Below, piece after piece: positions 54,572 to 64,000 of a stretch of DNA of 64,000 nt (the first letter of the stretch is position 1; every line of letters begins with the position of its first letter). A program made the translations under genes and the position numbers. The notes under the pieces are model-generated. The model was not told where the DNA came from. It worked only from the letters and a program-made list of their open reading frames with translations, and made no database searches. Source of the stretch: Mycetocola sp. (GTDB lineage Bacteria; Actinomycetota; Actinomycetes; Actinomycetales; Microbacteriaceae); contig NZ_JBKJWH010000085.1 of NCBI RefSeq assembly GCF_046716805.1, forward strand, positions 5,901 through 69,900. The letters are read 5' to 3'.

Positions 54572-55759
54572 ATGCGAGTTGATCTTCTTACCCGGGAATA
54601 CCCACCAGAAATCTACGGCGGGGCCGGTGTGCACGTCGCCGAGCTCGTCTCGGCCATGCGAGGGGAGATTGACGTCACTGTGCGCTGCTTCGGTGCTGAC
54701 CGCAGCGAAGCGAACACGTTCGCGTATCAAGTCCCGACTGAGCTGGCCGGTGCGAACGGTGCGCTGACCACGCTCGGCACCGACCTGCTGATGGCGCAGG
54801 ATGCCGCGGGAGCCGACCTTGTGCACTCGCACACCTGGTACGCGAACGGCGCCGGGCACGTTGCGAAACTGCTGCACGGCATCCCGCACGTCGTGTCGGC
54901 GCACAGCCTCGAGCCGCTGCGCCCGTGGAAGGCGGAACAGCTCGGCGGCGGATACCGCGTCTCGAGCTGGATCGAGAAGACCGCGTTCGAAGCGGCGGAT
55001 GCGGTCATCGCCGTGAGCAATGGCATGCGGCGTGACATCCTCCGCAGCTATCCCGCACTGGACGAGTCCCGCGTTCACACCATCTACAACGGCATCGACC
55101 TCGCCGCCTGGCAGAGGGTGCACGACGACGAGCTGGTGCGTTCGCTCGGAATCGACCCGACGCGTCCCAGCGTCGTCTTCGTCGGCCGGATCACCCGGCA
55201 GAAGGGCTTGCCGTATCTCCTTCGCGCCGCCGCGATGCTGCCGGCGGAAGTGCAGCTCGTGCTGTGTGCCGGGGCACCAGACACGCCAGAAATCCTCGCG
55301 GAGGTCGAGGCCGGGGTTCGGGAACTGGCGAAGGAACGATCCGGGGTGGTGTGGATCGACCGGCTGCTGCCGCGGAACGAGCTGTGCGCCGTGCTCACCG
55401 CCGCAACCACGTTCGTCTGCCCGTCGGTCTATGAACCCCTCGGCATCGTCAACCTGGAGGCGATGGCCTGCGGTGCAGCTGTTGTCGGGACCGCCACCGG
55501 TGGCATCCCTGAGGTCGTCGAGGACGGTGTCACCGGCCGCCTTGTCCCCATCGAGCAGGTCACGGACGGCACGGGGACACCCGTCGACCCCGATCGTTTC
55601 GTCGCTGATCTCGCCGCGGCCCTCACCGAGGTCGTCTCGGATCCGGATGCCGCGAAGGCGATGGGCGAGGCGGGGCGCCTCCGAGCCGAGCGCGACTTCA
55701 GCTGGGATCGGATCGGCCGCGAGACCATTGCGCTCTACCGCTCGATTCTGGCGCGCTGA
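54572..55759 (+). CDS. glgA: GT4 glycogen synthase / alpha-maltose-1-phosphate synthase (GlgA/GlgM type)
   Basis: The product begins MRVDLLTREYPPEIYGGAGVHV and contains EPLGIVNLEAMACG. The gene is divergent from glgC. Confidence 0.92.
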   Translation: MRVDLLTREYPPEIYGGAGVHVAELVSAMRGEIDVTVRCFGADRSEANTFAYQVPTELAGANGALTTLGTDLLMAQDAAGADLVHSHTWYANGAGHVAKLLHGIPHVVSAHSLEPLRPWKAEQLGGGYRVSSWIEKTAFEAADAVIAVSNGMRRDILRSYPALDESRVHTIYNGIDLAAWQRVHDDELVRSLGIDPTRPSVVFVGRITRQKGLPYLLRAAAMLPAEVQLVLCAGAPDTPEILAEVEAGVRELAKERSGVVWIDRLLPRNELCAVLTAATTFVCPSVYEPLGIVNLEAMACGAAVVGTATGGIPEVVEDGVTGRLVPIEQVTDGTGTPVDPDRFVADLAAALTEVVSDPDAAKAMGEAGRLRAERDFSWDRIGRETIALYRSILAR

Positions 55760-55809
55760 CGGGCGAGCCACGGCACGGCCGACCGGATCGGACGGATAGG
55801 CTAGAGGAC

Positions 55810-56592
55810 ATGTCGAGCGTTTTGCAGTTGAGTGACGTGTCCGTTGTGCGCAATGGCCGTGCGATCGTGAATTCCGTGTCGTGGACCGTCGAGGGGGACC
55901 AGCGCTGGGTGGTGCTCGGGCCCAACGGGGCGGGAAAGACCACCATCCTGCAGCTCTCCTCGACCCTCATGCACCCCAGCTCGGGAACCGTCGAGATCCT
56001 CGACTCCGAGCTCGGCAAGGTCGACGTCTTCGAACTGCGCCCGCGGATCGGGATCGCTTCGACGGCCATGGCCCGACGTGTTCCGTTCGAGGAGACCGTG
56101 CTCGACGTCGTCATGACCGCCGCTTATTCGGTCACCGGCCGCTGGAACGAGGATTACGAGGACATCGACGTGAAGCGTGCTCGGCGCGTTCTCGCTGAGT
56201 GGCACCTCGAAGGTCTCGCTGAGCGCCAGTTCGGAACCCTCAGCGACGGCGAACAGAAGCGCGTGCAGATCGCACGGTCGGTCATGACCGACCCGGAACT
56301 GCTCCTGCTCGACGAGCCCGCCGCCAGCCTCGACCTCGGCGCGCGCGAAGAACTCGTCAAGCTGCTCGGTGGTTACGCCCAGTCGCAGGAATCTCCGGCC
56401 ATCGTGATGGTCACCCACCACGTCGAGGAAGTCCCGGTCGGTTTCACCCACGCCCTGCTGCTCAACGACGGCAAGGTCGTGGCATCCGGCCCGATCGCCG
56501 AGGCCCTCACAAGCGAGACTCTGACGGAGACCTTCGGCCTCCCGATCGAACTGAGCACGACCGACGGCCGTTACAGCGCGCGTGCCCAGTGA
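55810..56592 (+). CDS. ABC transporter ATP-binding protein (orphan, no adjacent permease)
   Basis: The ABC motifs are GPNGAGKTT, LSDGEQKR and LLLLDEP. Confidence 0.85.
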   Translation: MSSVLQLSDVSVVRNGRAIVNSVSWTVEGDQRWVVLGPNGAGKTTILQLSSTLMHPSSGTVEILDSELGKVDVFELRPRIGIASTAMARRVPFEETVLDVVMTAAYSVTGRWNEDYEDIDVKRARRVLAEWHLEGLAERQFGTLSDGEQKRVQIARSVMTDPELLLLDEPAASLDLGAREELVKLLGGYAQSQESPAIVMVTHHVEEVPVGFTHALLLNDGKVVASGPIAEALTSETLTETFGLPIELSTTDGRYSARAQ

Positions 56593-56707
56593 CGCTCGGC
56601 ATCTGATAAAGTAGGTAGCTGGCCCGATGGCCATACGCTTTCTTGCCGCGCAGTCCGTGCGAGCGAGACTGAAACACAATCTCCTCTTACCTCACAAGGA
56701 AGTCCTC

Positions 56708-56959
56708 ATGAAGACTGACATCCACCCCGACTACAAGCCGGTTGTTTTCCGCGACCTCGCATCAGGTGCGACGTTCCTCACGCGCTCAACCGTGGGCAGC
56801 TCGAAGACCATGGAGTGGGAGGACGGCAACGTCTACCCCGTCATCGACGTCGAGATCTCTTCCGAGTCGCACCCGTTCTACACGGGCAAGCAGCGCATCA
56901 TGGACTCCGCAGGACGCGTCGAAAAGTTCAACAAGCGCTTCAAGGGCTTCGGCAACTAA
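56708..56959 (+). CDS. rpmE2: 50S ribosomal protein L31, type B (no CxxC zinc motif)
   Basis: The product begins [14 protein letters not shown] and contains HPFYTGKQ. There are no cysteine pairs. The RBS is AAGGAAG. Confidence 0.92.
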   Translation: MKTDIHPDYKPVVFRDLASGATFLTRSTVGSSKTMEWEDGNVYPVIDVEISSESHPFYTGKQRIMDSAGRVEKFNKRFKGFGN

Positions 56960-56975
56960 CCGACCTCTTTTTCGC

Positions 56976-57015
56976 AAAGACCCGCATTCTTCGGACTGCG
57001 GGTCTTTGTCGTCGG
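56976..57015 (+). terminator. hairpin terminator after rpmE2
   Basis: AAAGACCCGCA-10 nt loop-TGCGGGTCTTT forms an 11-bp stem. Confidence 0.6.
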
Positions 57016-57179
57016 TGGGCGCAGGGCCGCCCCATCTGGGTGCAAGGGCACGTATTCACCCGGTCCGGACCCACTCACCAGGTCCACCGGATGACGACGT
57101 CCGGAGCGAGTGAGTACATCGCGCGACGTGCCCGCCCTCGGCCCGCCGGCTGGGCGCATCGGCGGTGGGTGGGGTGCTC

Positions 57180-57911
57180 TCAGCGCACCGGCCAGCCGGT
57201 GGATGCCACGAAGGTGGCGTCTCGCGTGCGGCGCATGTAATCCTGGAAACTGTCTGCCTGGTCCTGGCACCAGCCCGCCTGCAACCGGTGCAGCTCGAGA
57301 GCGTCGACGTCGAGGGCGCGCGCGTGGGTGCGGGCGATGGCCAGCGCCACCCGCCCGGCGGCGATGGCGTCGGCGCCCGCATCATGCGCCTCAGTGAGCT
57401 CGACGCCATAGTGGAGTGCCGCCGCCTCGAGGGTCCGCTTGCCCTTGCGGTAGCGGTCCATGGCCTTGTCGATGACGAGCGGGTCGATCACCGGGGTGGG
57501 CTCGACGAGCGGCACCACGTGGTGCCTCACCGACTCGTGGAACAGCAGCGACAGGTCGTACGGGGCGTTGTAGATGACAACGGGAATGCCGGCGTCGAAG
57601 TAGCCGCGCAGTTCGGCGACGATCTCGGCGACGACGGCAGCGGCGGGCCTGCCCTCTGCCCTCGCCCGTTCGGTACTGATCCCGTGCACGGCTGTCGCCT
57701 GCTCAGGGATTTCGATACCAGGGTCAGCGAGCCAGTCACGCCGGTGCAGCACGTCACCCCGTCCGTTCAACAGCCCAACGTTCGCGCTGACGATGCGACT
57801 CGTGATCACGTCGATACCGGTTGTCTCCAGATCGAAGACGGCAAGGGACTCCGACCACGGTGTTACTGCTGTTGTCTGCACGGGCGCAACGTTAGGGCGG
57901 ACCACCGACAT
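57180..57911 (-). CDS. DEDDh 3'-5' exonuclease (DnaQ/epsilon-like domain protein)
   Basis: The exonuclease motifs are Exo I FDLETTG, Exo II YNAPYDL and Exo III HDAGADA. The start was trimmed to the ATG at 57911, after the treS stop. Confidence 0.85.
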   Translation of the reverse strand: MSVVRPNVAPVQTTAVTPWSESLAVFDLETTGIDVITSRIVSANVGLLNGRGDVLHRRDWLADPGIEIPEQATAVHGISTERARAEGRPAAAVVAEIVAELRGYFDAGIPVVIYNAPYDLSLLFHESVRHHVVPLVEPTPVIDPLVIDKAMDRYRKGKRTLEAAALHYGVELTEAHDAGADAIAAGRVALAIARTHARALDVDALELHRLQAGWCQDQADSFQDYMRRTRDATFVASTGWPVR

Positions 57912-57919
57912 GTCGTCGC

Positions 57920-59668
57920 TCACGCGTGACGCCGCTGAGAGAAGGGGGAGTCGGTCGGACGTGCCACGTGGAGCCAATAGAAGCTCTGCGTCGCGATGGT
58001 GAGGGTCACTTCGCCGTTCTCGTCGAACGGCGGGAACTCCCCGCCACCGAACAGGTCGAATAGCCGGCAGCCGGCGAGCTCGGGGGCGATGATCTTCGTC
58101 GCGATCGGGTGGTGCGAGAAGCTGAAGACACAGAGGATGTCTTCCTTCTCATCCCCGATGTGACCTCCGGAGTGCCCACCTGTTCCCGAGTAGCTGCGGA
58201 CGAAACTGAGAACGGATTCGTGATCGTTCGCGACGACCTCGACGCTGCCGAGCCCGAACGCCGGGTGCCCCTTGCGCACATGGATCACATTGCGCACCCA
58301 GTGCAGCAGCGATCGCGACTGGGCAAGCTGTGATTCGACGTTCACGAGGGTGTAGTTGAAGACGAGGGACTGGACCACAGGGAGGTACAGTTTGCCGGGG
58401 TCAGCCGACGAGAAACCGGCGTTGCGGTCGGGCGTCCATTGCATGGGCGTGCGGGACGAATCACGGTCAGCGAGCCAGATGTTGTCGCCCATGCCGATTT
58501 CGTCGCCATAGTAGATGAACGGGCTCCCGGGCAGGGAGAACAGCAGCGCATGGGCGAGTTCGAGCTCGGCACGCGAGTTGTCCAGCAGGGGAGCGAGGCG
58601 ACGACGGATACCGATGTTCGCGCGCATCCGCGGATCGTATGCGTACCAGCCATACATGGCCTGGCGGTATTCCTCACTCACCATCTCGAGCGTGAGTTCG
58701 TCGTGGTTGCGCAGGAACACGGCCCAGCCGGCCCACTCAGGCACGTCGGTCGTCTCAGAGAGCACACGCACGAGCTCCTCAGCCTGCTGTGACCGCAGCG
58801 AGTAGAAGATCCGCGGCATCACCGGGAAGTCGAACGCCATGTGGCATTCGGGCTCTTCGTCCGTGCCGAAGAACGCCGCCACTTCACGCGGCCACTGGTT
58901 CGCCTCAGCGATCATGACCCGGCCGGGGTACTCCAGGTCGACCATCGCACGGAGCTTCTTGATGAAGGCGTGCGTCTCAGGTTCACCCTCGCCGTTGCCG
59001 CCGTCGGATTCGTAGAGGTACGGGATGGCGTCCAGCCGGAACCCGTCCACGCCCATGTCGAGCCAGAACCGGACGATGTCGAACATGGCGTCATGGACGG
59101 CCGGGTTCTCGTAGTTGAGGTCGGGCTGGTGCGAGAAGAACCGGTGGAAGAAGAACTGGCGTCTCACCGGGTCGAACGCCCAGTTGGAATCCTCGGTGTC
59201 TGTGAAGATGATGCGGATGTCCGGGTACTTCTCGTCGGTGTCACTCCAGACGTAGAAGTCGCCGTATGGGCCGTCCGGATCTTCGCGCGATTCGCGGAAC
59301 CAGTCATGCTGGTCGGAGGTGTGGTTGAGCGGCATGTCGATGATGATGCGCATGTTCCGCTCGTGAGCCTTCGTCACGAGGTCCTTGAACTCGTCGACGG
59401 TACCGAACTCGGGAAGAATCGACCGGTAGTCGGAGACGTCGTAGCCGCCGTCGCGCAGCGGTGAGGTGAAGAACGGGGGCAACCAGAGCGCGTCGACGCC
59501 GAGCCACTGGAGGTAGTCCAGCCGGCTGGTGAGACCCTGCAGGTCGCCGGCGCCGTCCCCGTTGCTGTCGACGTACGACCGCACCATCACCTCGTAGAAA
59601 ATGGCCCGGCGATACCACAGGGGGTCGCGGGCGAGGCCGGGAAGTTGGATGGGCGCGGTGAATGTCAC
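57920..59668 (-). CDS. treS: maltose alpha-D-glucosyltransferase / trehalose synthase
   Basis: GH13 motifs are present (AIFYEVMVRSYVDSNGDGAGDLQG, GFRLDAIPYL and FLRNHDELTLE). 582 aa, with no fused maltokinase. Confidence 0.93.
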   Translation of the reverse strand: MTFTAPIQLPGLARDPLWYRRAIFYEVMVRSYVDSNGDGAGDLQGLTSRLDYLQWLGVDALWLPPFFTSPLRDGGYDVSDYRSILPEFGTVDEFKDLVTKAHERNMRIIIDMPLNHTSDQHDWFRESREDPDGPYGDFYVWSDTDEKYPDIRIIFTDTEDSNWAFDPVRRQFFFHRFFSHQPDLNYENPAVHDAMFDIVRFWLDMGVDGFRLDAIPYLYESDGGNGEGEPETHAFIKKLRAMVDLEYPGRVMIAEANQWPREVAAFFGTDEEPECHMAFDFPVMPRIFYSLRSQQAEELVRVLSETTDVPEWAGWAVFLRNHDELTLEMVSEEYRQAMYGWYAYDPRMRANIGIRRRLAPLLDNSRAELELAHALLFSLPGSPFIYYGDEIGMGDNIWLADRDSSRTPMQWTPDRNAGFSSADPGKLYLPVVQSLVFNYTLVNVESQLAQSRSLLHWVRNVIHVRKGHPAFGLGSVEVVANDHESVLSFVRSYSGTGGHSGGHIGDEKEDILCVFSFSHHPIATKIIAPELAGCRLFDLFGGGEFPPFDENGEVTLTIATQSFYWLHVARPTDSPFSQRRHA

Positions 59669-59786
59669 TGGGTACCGATTCCGTGTCTGGGGGGCGTGAG
59701 GTGTGAGTCCTCGGGTTCGTCGGGATCGAGTCTATGGGGAGCACCGTTCGGCGGCCGGGAACGAAAAGCCTAAACTGGGATTGCCC

Positions 59787-60683
59787 ATGACTGTTCGCTC
59801 CCCATACTCCGCGCGACTCGATCGCATCCCCGTCTCTCGGCGATCCGTCCGCACCGGCGGAAGCCTCACCAGCTACTGGGAGTACGGGCAACCGGGAGAT
59901 GCGCCGACGATCGTCATGGTCCACGGATTCCGGGGCGACCACCACGGTCTCGAACCGGTGGTCGCTCACCTCGAAGGCTTCCACATTCTCAGCCCAGACC
60001 TCCCCGGCTTCGGCGAGTCGGAGCCGCTGGGGAGGATCCACGACATCGACGGATACGCGACCTGGCTGAATGAGTTCGTGTCGGCGGTGGATCTTGCTGA
60101 GCCGCCGGTGATCCTCGGTCACTCCTTCGGGTCGATCGTCGTCTCCGCCGCCCTCGCACGGACCCCCTTGCGCGCCCCGCGGGTGGTCCTCGTCAACCCG
60201 ATCGCTGCGCCGGCACTCGCCGGGCCACGCGGCATCCTCACCAGGCTCGCAGTTTTCTACTACCTGGTGGGTGCCCGGCTGCCCGAACGACTCGGCTTCG
60301 CTCTGCTGCGCAACCGGGCGATCGTGCGGATGATGAGCGTGACCATGGCGAAGACGAAGGACAAAGGCCTCCGCCGCTGGATCCACAACCAGCACGACCT
60401 CTACTTCAGCGCCTTCGGTAACCGGGCCGTCGTGCTTGAAGCGTTCAAGGCATCCGTCGGTGACGACGTCAGCGAGTTTGCCGCCGACATCGTCGACCGT
60501 ACGCTGCTGATCGCCGCTGACCAGGACGACATCACGCCGATCGCGGCACAGCACACCCTGGTCAGGCGGTTCCCGGACGCGACACTCGAGATCCTCCCCG
60601 GCGTCGGCCATCTCATTCACTACGAGGTCCCCGGCCAGGCGGCGGAGCTCATCCGTCGCTTCCTGGCGGAGGACCCGGCGTGA
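59787..60683 (+). CDS. alpha/beta hydrolase
   Basis: The product contains the HG oxyanion motif (VMVHGFRGDHH), the nucleophile elbow GHSFGS and a C-terminal GVGHLIHYE. The ATG at 59787 lies within the longer ORF. Confidence 0.8.
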   Translation: MTVRSPYSARLDRIPVSRRSVRTGGSLTSYWEYGQPGDAPTIVMVHGFRGDHHGLEPVVAHLEGFHILSPDLPGFGESEPLGRIHDIDGYATWLNEFVSAVDLAEPPVILGHSFGSIVVSAALARTPLRAPRVVLVNPIAAPALAGPRGILTRLAVFYYLVGARLPERLGFALLRNRAIVRMMSVTMAKTKDKGLRRWIHNQHDLYFSAFGNRAVVLEAFKASVGDDVSEFAADIVDRTLLIAADQDDITPIAAQHTLVRRFPDATLEILPGVGHLIHYEVPGQAAELIRRFLAEDPA

Positions 60684-61282
60684 AGCTTCTCGTCGACTGC
60701 CGCTGGGTGACGGAGAACCCCGATGACCAGCTCAGCCGGAGAACCCGCGGAATCGTCCACGCCCTCGCTGAACGCCGCTCGTTCGTGATGATCGTCGGCC
60801 CGACCACAGCCCTCGACCTCCTGCCAGCCCTGCCCTGGGAACTGCTGCCATCGCCGTACAGTCCGGCTGAGTTGTTCACCGGGAGGAAACTCAACAGCAT
60901 CGGTGCCGACGTGGTCTTCACGCCGGCACCCGGTCTGATGGGCCTCGGGCGCCGGTTCGGCCTGCTCGTCGCCGGCGGCACGCCGCACTGTTCCGAAGAC
61001 GCTCACCCGCTGCATCGGCTGCTCACGTGGCCGTGGCGATTCCGATTCACGCGAAGCTGGATGATGCGGTCCGCCGACGTGGTTCTCGGGGTGTCGGGAG
61101 CGCAACAGCGGCTTCTGCTCGGCGACAGTTCCGCCGACCAACAGGTTGTGACCCTGCACACCGAGGATGCGGCTAGCGTGTCGCCCGACGCGTGGCGGGA
61201 GTCTGCTGCACAGTTGGACGCCGTCATCGACGACGAGTACGCCGCTGTGCAAGCCAGACGGGACGCCGCCGGGGACCGCTGA
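60680..61282 (+). CDS. hypothetical protein resembling only the N-terminal half of a GT-B glycosyltransferase
   Basis: The GTG overlaps the upstream stop (GTGA). The sequence MKLLVDCRWV...GIVHALAERRSFVMIV..ADVVFTPAPG resembles a GT4 N-domain. No C-terminal sugar-donor domain is present. Confidence 0.5.
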   Translation: MKLLVDCRWVTENPDDQLSRRTRGIVHALAERRSFVMIVGPTTALDLLPALPWELLPSPYSPAELFTGRKLNSIGADVVFTPAPGLMGLGRRFGLLVAGGTPHCSEDAHPLHRLLTWPWRFRFTRSWMMRSADVVLGVSGAQQRLLLGDSSADQQVVTLHTEDAASVSPDAWRESAAQLDAVIDDEYAAVQARRDAAGDR

Positions 61283-61470
61283 GCGGTCGAATGCACTGGC
61301 GAAGACGACTGCGAACCGTGCGATTCCCGGTTCTGCCGCCGATGACCTCCGCGCCTCTCGCGCTGCAGCCCCCTTCACCGCACGCTCCACAGGAGAAACC
61401 GCGGCCGTCGAACGCTCGACAGGAAGAACTGACACTCTCGCGACCACCCGCCCTGCTGAGCGTCTGCCGG

Positions 61471-62319
61471 TCAGTCCAGGAGTCGATCGGCAAGCGCCGC
61501 GAGGGTCTCCGACGCACCGGCGTTCAGTTTCACGGTGGCGCGGGAATCGCCCTTCGTTTCGCCACGGTTGATGATGACGATCGGGCGCTTGCTCCGCCTG
61601 GCGTGTTCGAGCAGACGGATGCCGGAATTCACGACGAGCGAGGAACCGGCGATCACCAGGGCGTCCGCCTGGCCGACGAGGTCCCGAGCCTCTGAAAACT
61701 TGTCCGTCGGCACGAACTCGCCGAAAAACACGACGTCCGGTTTCAACGCGCCGCCGCACACCGAGCAGGCCGGCGCAACGAAATCGTCGACGTGGCTGAT
61801 TTCGGCGTCGCCGTCCGGGTTGAGGGTGACGGCATCCGGCTGGGACAGCCAGGGGTTCTCGGAGTCGATGCGTGCGGCGATGCTGGAGCGTGCGAAGGTC
61901 TGGCCGCAGTCCAGACAGTGCACCCGGTCCATCGAACCGTGCAGGTCGACGACCCGCCGGGAACCGGCACGGACGTGGAGCCCGTCGACGTTCTGGGTGA
62001 CCACCCCGGGAACCAGGCCGGCTTCTTCCAGTGTCGCGAGCATCCGGTGTCCTGCGTTGGGCGTCGCAGCGTCGAACAGCGCCCAGCCCAGGTGGCTGCC
62101 CGCCCAGTAGCGTTTGCGCGATGCGTCGTCGAGGAGGAATTGCGACACGGTCATCGGCGTGCGTTTCGGGGCCCCGGCACCGCGGTAATCGGGAATGCCC
62201 GAGTCGGTGCTGACGCCGGCCCCGGTGAGGACAGCGAACGTGCCCCCGGACAGGACGGCGTAGGCTGCATCGAGTCCGCGTTCGTCCAACTCCGGCGTCA
62301 ATCCGGTGATCATGGTCAT
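61471..62319 (-). CDS. cobB: NAD-dependent protein deacylase (Sir2 family)
   Basis: The product contains GAGVSTDSGIPDYRG, QNVDGLH and the zinc ribbon CLDCG...CSVCGG. The start was trimmed to the ATG at 62319, within the 600-aa ORF. Confidence 0.9.
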   Translation of the reverse strand: MTMITGLTPELDERGLDAAYAVLSGGTFAVLTGAGVSTDSGIPDYRGAGAPKRTPMTVSQFLLDDASRKRYWAGSHLGWALFDAATPNAGHRMLATLEEAGLVPGVVTQNVDGLHVRAGSRRVVDLHGSMDRVHCLDCGQTFARSSIAARIDSENPWLSQPDAVTLNPDGDAEISHVDDFVAPACSVCGGALKPDVVFFGEFVPTDKFSEARDLVGQADALVIAGSSLVVNSGIRLLEHARRSKRPIVIINRGETKGDSRATVKLNAGASETLAALADRLLD

Positions 62320-62430
62320 TAGGCCTTTCGAGAACCCGCCCCTGCCTCGAGGGTAAATGATCCAGATGTCGGAATTGTTTCGGCGGGCGGGCCTTGTTCT
62401 GAGAATACGCCACCACCCGAAGGAACCACC

Positions 62431-63252
62431 GTGCACATCGTCCCCATCTCGAATCTCGACGTCGAGGGACTCTCCGACTTCGCGCGGCTGACGGATGTCG
62501 CGCTGCGGCGCGTGCAGGAACCGGAAGGCGGCCTGTACATCGCTGAGTCGCACAAGGTCATCGCGCGGGCGATCGCCGCGGGGCACCAGCCCCGGTCGAT
62601 CCTGCTGCAGGAACAGTGGCTGCCGGATGTGGAACCGCTGCTCGAGCAATTCCCGGACGTTCCCGTCTACGTCGGCTCGTCGGATGTGCTCGAGAGCCTC
62701 ACCGGGTACCACATGCACCGCGGCGCCCTGGCCGCCATGCACCGCCCAGCGCTGCCCAGTATGGAGGACCTGCTGGCGGATGCCACACGCGTGGTCATCC
62801 TCGAGGACATCGTCGACCACACCAACGTGGGTGCGATCTTCCGCTCGGTTGCCGGGCTCGGAGCAGATGCGGTGCTCATCACCCCCCGCTGCGCCGACCC
62901 TCTCTACCGCCGGAGCGTGCGCGTCAGCATGGGGACGGTGCTCCAGGTCCCGTGGACCCGGATGCCTGAGTGGCCGGAGGCTCGGCGGATCCTCGACGCC
63001 GCCGGGTTCCACGTCGCAGCGCTCGCGCTCGACGACCGGGCAGTGACGCTCGACCGGTTCGCCGCGAATCCGCCCAACCGGGTGGCGCTGACCCTGGGCA
63101 CCGAGGGTGATGGTCTCAGCAGGCAGGCCCTCGAAGCGGCCGATTCGACGGTGGTCATCCCGATGCTCCACGGCGTGGATTCGCTCAACGTCGCGTCCGC
63201 CAGCGCGGTGGCGCTGTGGGCGCTCCGGAGGTCGCCCTCTACAGCCGACTGA
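62431..63252 (+). CDS. TrmH/SpoU family RNA 2'-O-methyltransferase
   Basis: SpoU motifs are present (ILEDIVDHTNVGAIFRS, LGTEGDGLS and IPMLHGVDSLNVASASAV). Confidence 0.85.
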   Translation: MHIVPISNLDVEGLSDFARLTDVALRRVQEPEGGLYIAESHKVIARAIAAGHQPRSILLQEQWLPDVEPLLEQFPDVPVYVGSSDVLESLTGYHMHRGALAAMHRPALPSMEDLLADATRVVILEDIVDHTNVGAIFRSVAGLGADAVLITPRCADPLYRRSVRVSMGTVLQVPWTRMPEWPEARRILDAAGFHVAALALDDRAVTLDRFAANPPNRVALTLGTEGDGLSRQALEAADSTVVIPMLHGVDSLNVASASAVALWALRRSPSTAD

Positions 63253-63304
63253 CCCTCCTGGGGTCGTCAGCAAACCGCAGGCCTCCCGCCGCTAGAATTG
63301 GCCG

Positions 63305-64000
63305 GTGCCGAATCCCAGCCCATCTTCTCCCGAACGGGTGTACAGACGCAGGCGGGTGACGGTCTTCGGGATTCTTGCCGTCGTGCTTCTCGTCCTCGGC
63401 TACATTTCGATTGCTGTTCTGCGCCCGATCCCCGCAAATGCCGCCCAGCTCGAGACGACGGCACCGATCAGCCAGCCGGCGACTCCACTCCAGTGGCCCG
63501 ATTACGGTACAGGGGCGATCGGCGCGGTCGGTATCGACGGCATCCTCGGGGACTCGGGCATCCAGCAGTCCACACCCATGGCCAGCATCACCAAGACCGT
63601 GACCGCCCTCGTCGTGCTCGACAGGATGCCGCTGGCAGCGGGCGAAAACGGCCCTGAACTGACTTTGACCGAGGCGGACGCCGGCATCTACTCGCAGACG
63701 ATCGCCGAGGGAGGATCAGCGGCCCCCGTTGTGCCCGGGTCGGTCTTCAGCGAACGCCAGCTGCTCCAGGCCATGATGCTTCCATCGGCCAACAACTACA
63801 GCATCACCCTGGTGACCTGGGCGTTCGGCTCGATGCCCGCGTTCCTGCAAGCCGCGAGCGACTGGCTCGCGGCCCACGACCTCGCCGGCACCCACATCGC
63901 TGACTCAAGCGGGCTCGACAGCGACAGCCGCTCCACCCCCGCCGACCTCGTCACGATCGGCAAGCTCGCGCTCGAACACCCGGTCCTCTCTGAGGTCGTC
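63305..64000 (+). CDS. D-alanyl-D-alanine carboxypeptidase (S11 serine peptidase), 3'-truncated by the window end
   Basis: This frame-2 reading frame is not in the ORF track because it runs off the window. It has an N-terminal TM segment (VTVFGILAVVLLVLGYISIAV), the SxxK motif SITK (63584-63595) and the SxN motif LPSANNY. The start is uncertain (GTG at 63305, 63338 or 63356). Confidence 0.8.
   Translation, partial: MPNPSPSSPERVYRRRRVTVFGILAVVLLVLGYISIAVLRPIPANAAQLETTAPISQPATPLQWPDYGTGAIGAVGIDGILGDSGIQQSTPMASITKTVTALVVLDRMPLAAGENGPELTLTEADAGIYSQTIAEGGSAAPVVPGSVFSERQLLQAMMLPSANNYSITLVTWAFGSMPAFLQAASDWLAAHDLAGTHIADSSGLDSDSRSTPADLVTIGKLALEHPVLSEVV

Noticed and set aside
54536-55771. 411-aa minus-strand ORF
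   Set aside because: Antisense to glgA, with no motifs.
60620-63273. 598-aa and 600-aa minus-strand ORFs (60620-62416 and 61471-63273)
   Set aside because: Only the 61471-62319 segment encodes a coherent protein (Sir2). The remaining parts are Arg/Pro-rich and lie antisense to the hydrolase, GT-like and TrmH genes.

Overview
High-GC actinobacterial chromosomal core, with Microbacteriaceae-like gene content; the species cannot be named from sequence alone. Most of the window is housekeeping DNA. The order pdtaR-polA...rpsA-coaE-uvrB, uvrA-uvrC-rapZ-whiA, sodA, gap-pgk-tpiA-secG-rbpA parallels the M. tuberculosis Rv1626-Rv1633 and Rv1420-Rv1438 neighbourhoods. Further along are a minus-strand pentose-phosphate operon (tkt-tal-pgi-zwf-opcA-pgl), ctaB/ctaA, a suf Fe-S operon, an ABC-F ATPase, SURF1, fabG, glgC/glgA, rpmE2, treS, a Sir2 deacylase and a partial DD-carboxypeptidase. 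I saw no integrase, transposase, CRISPR array or recognisable defence genes. The part most worth a second look is the accessory pocket between polA and rpsA (about 8.5-15.3 kb). There, a 3.1-kb two-gene block is bracketed by two non-identical copies of the 3' end of a DUF885 gene. The block encodes a BioD/DUF1611-like P-loop protein and a six-TM ABC-exporter-like protein in which every catalytic NBD motif is degenerate. It is followed by about 0.9 kb of decayed sequence. Other notable points:
- two minisatellite-type tandem repeats, 83 bp x3 after pdtaR and 67 bp x2.4 that re-copies the stop-codon end of the ABC-F gene
- a frameshifted, truncated glf remnant beside tRNA-Leu
- no yvcK between rapZ and whiA
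- a suf operon without sufR/sufS/sufU
- a recurring TANNNT-6nt-start arrangement suggesting leaderless mRNAs
Many long ORFs in the supplied track are antisense high-GC shadows and were rejected.
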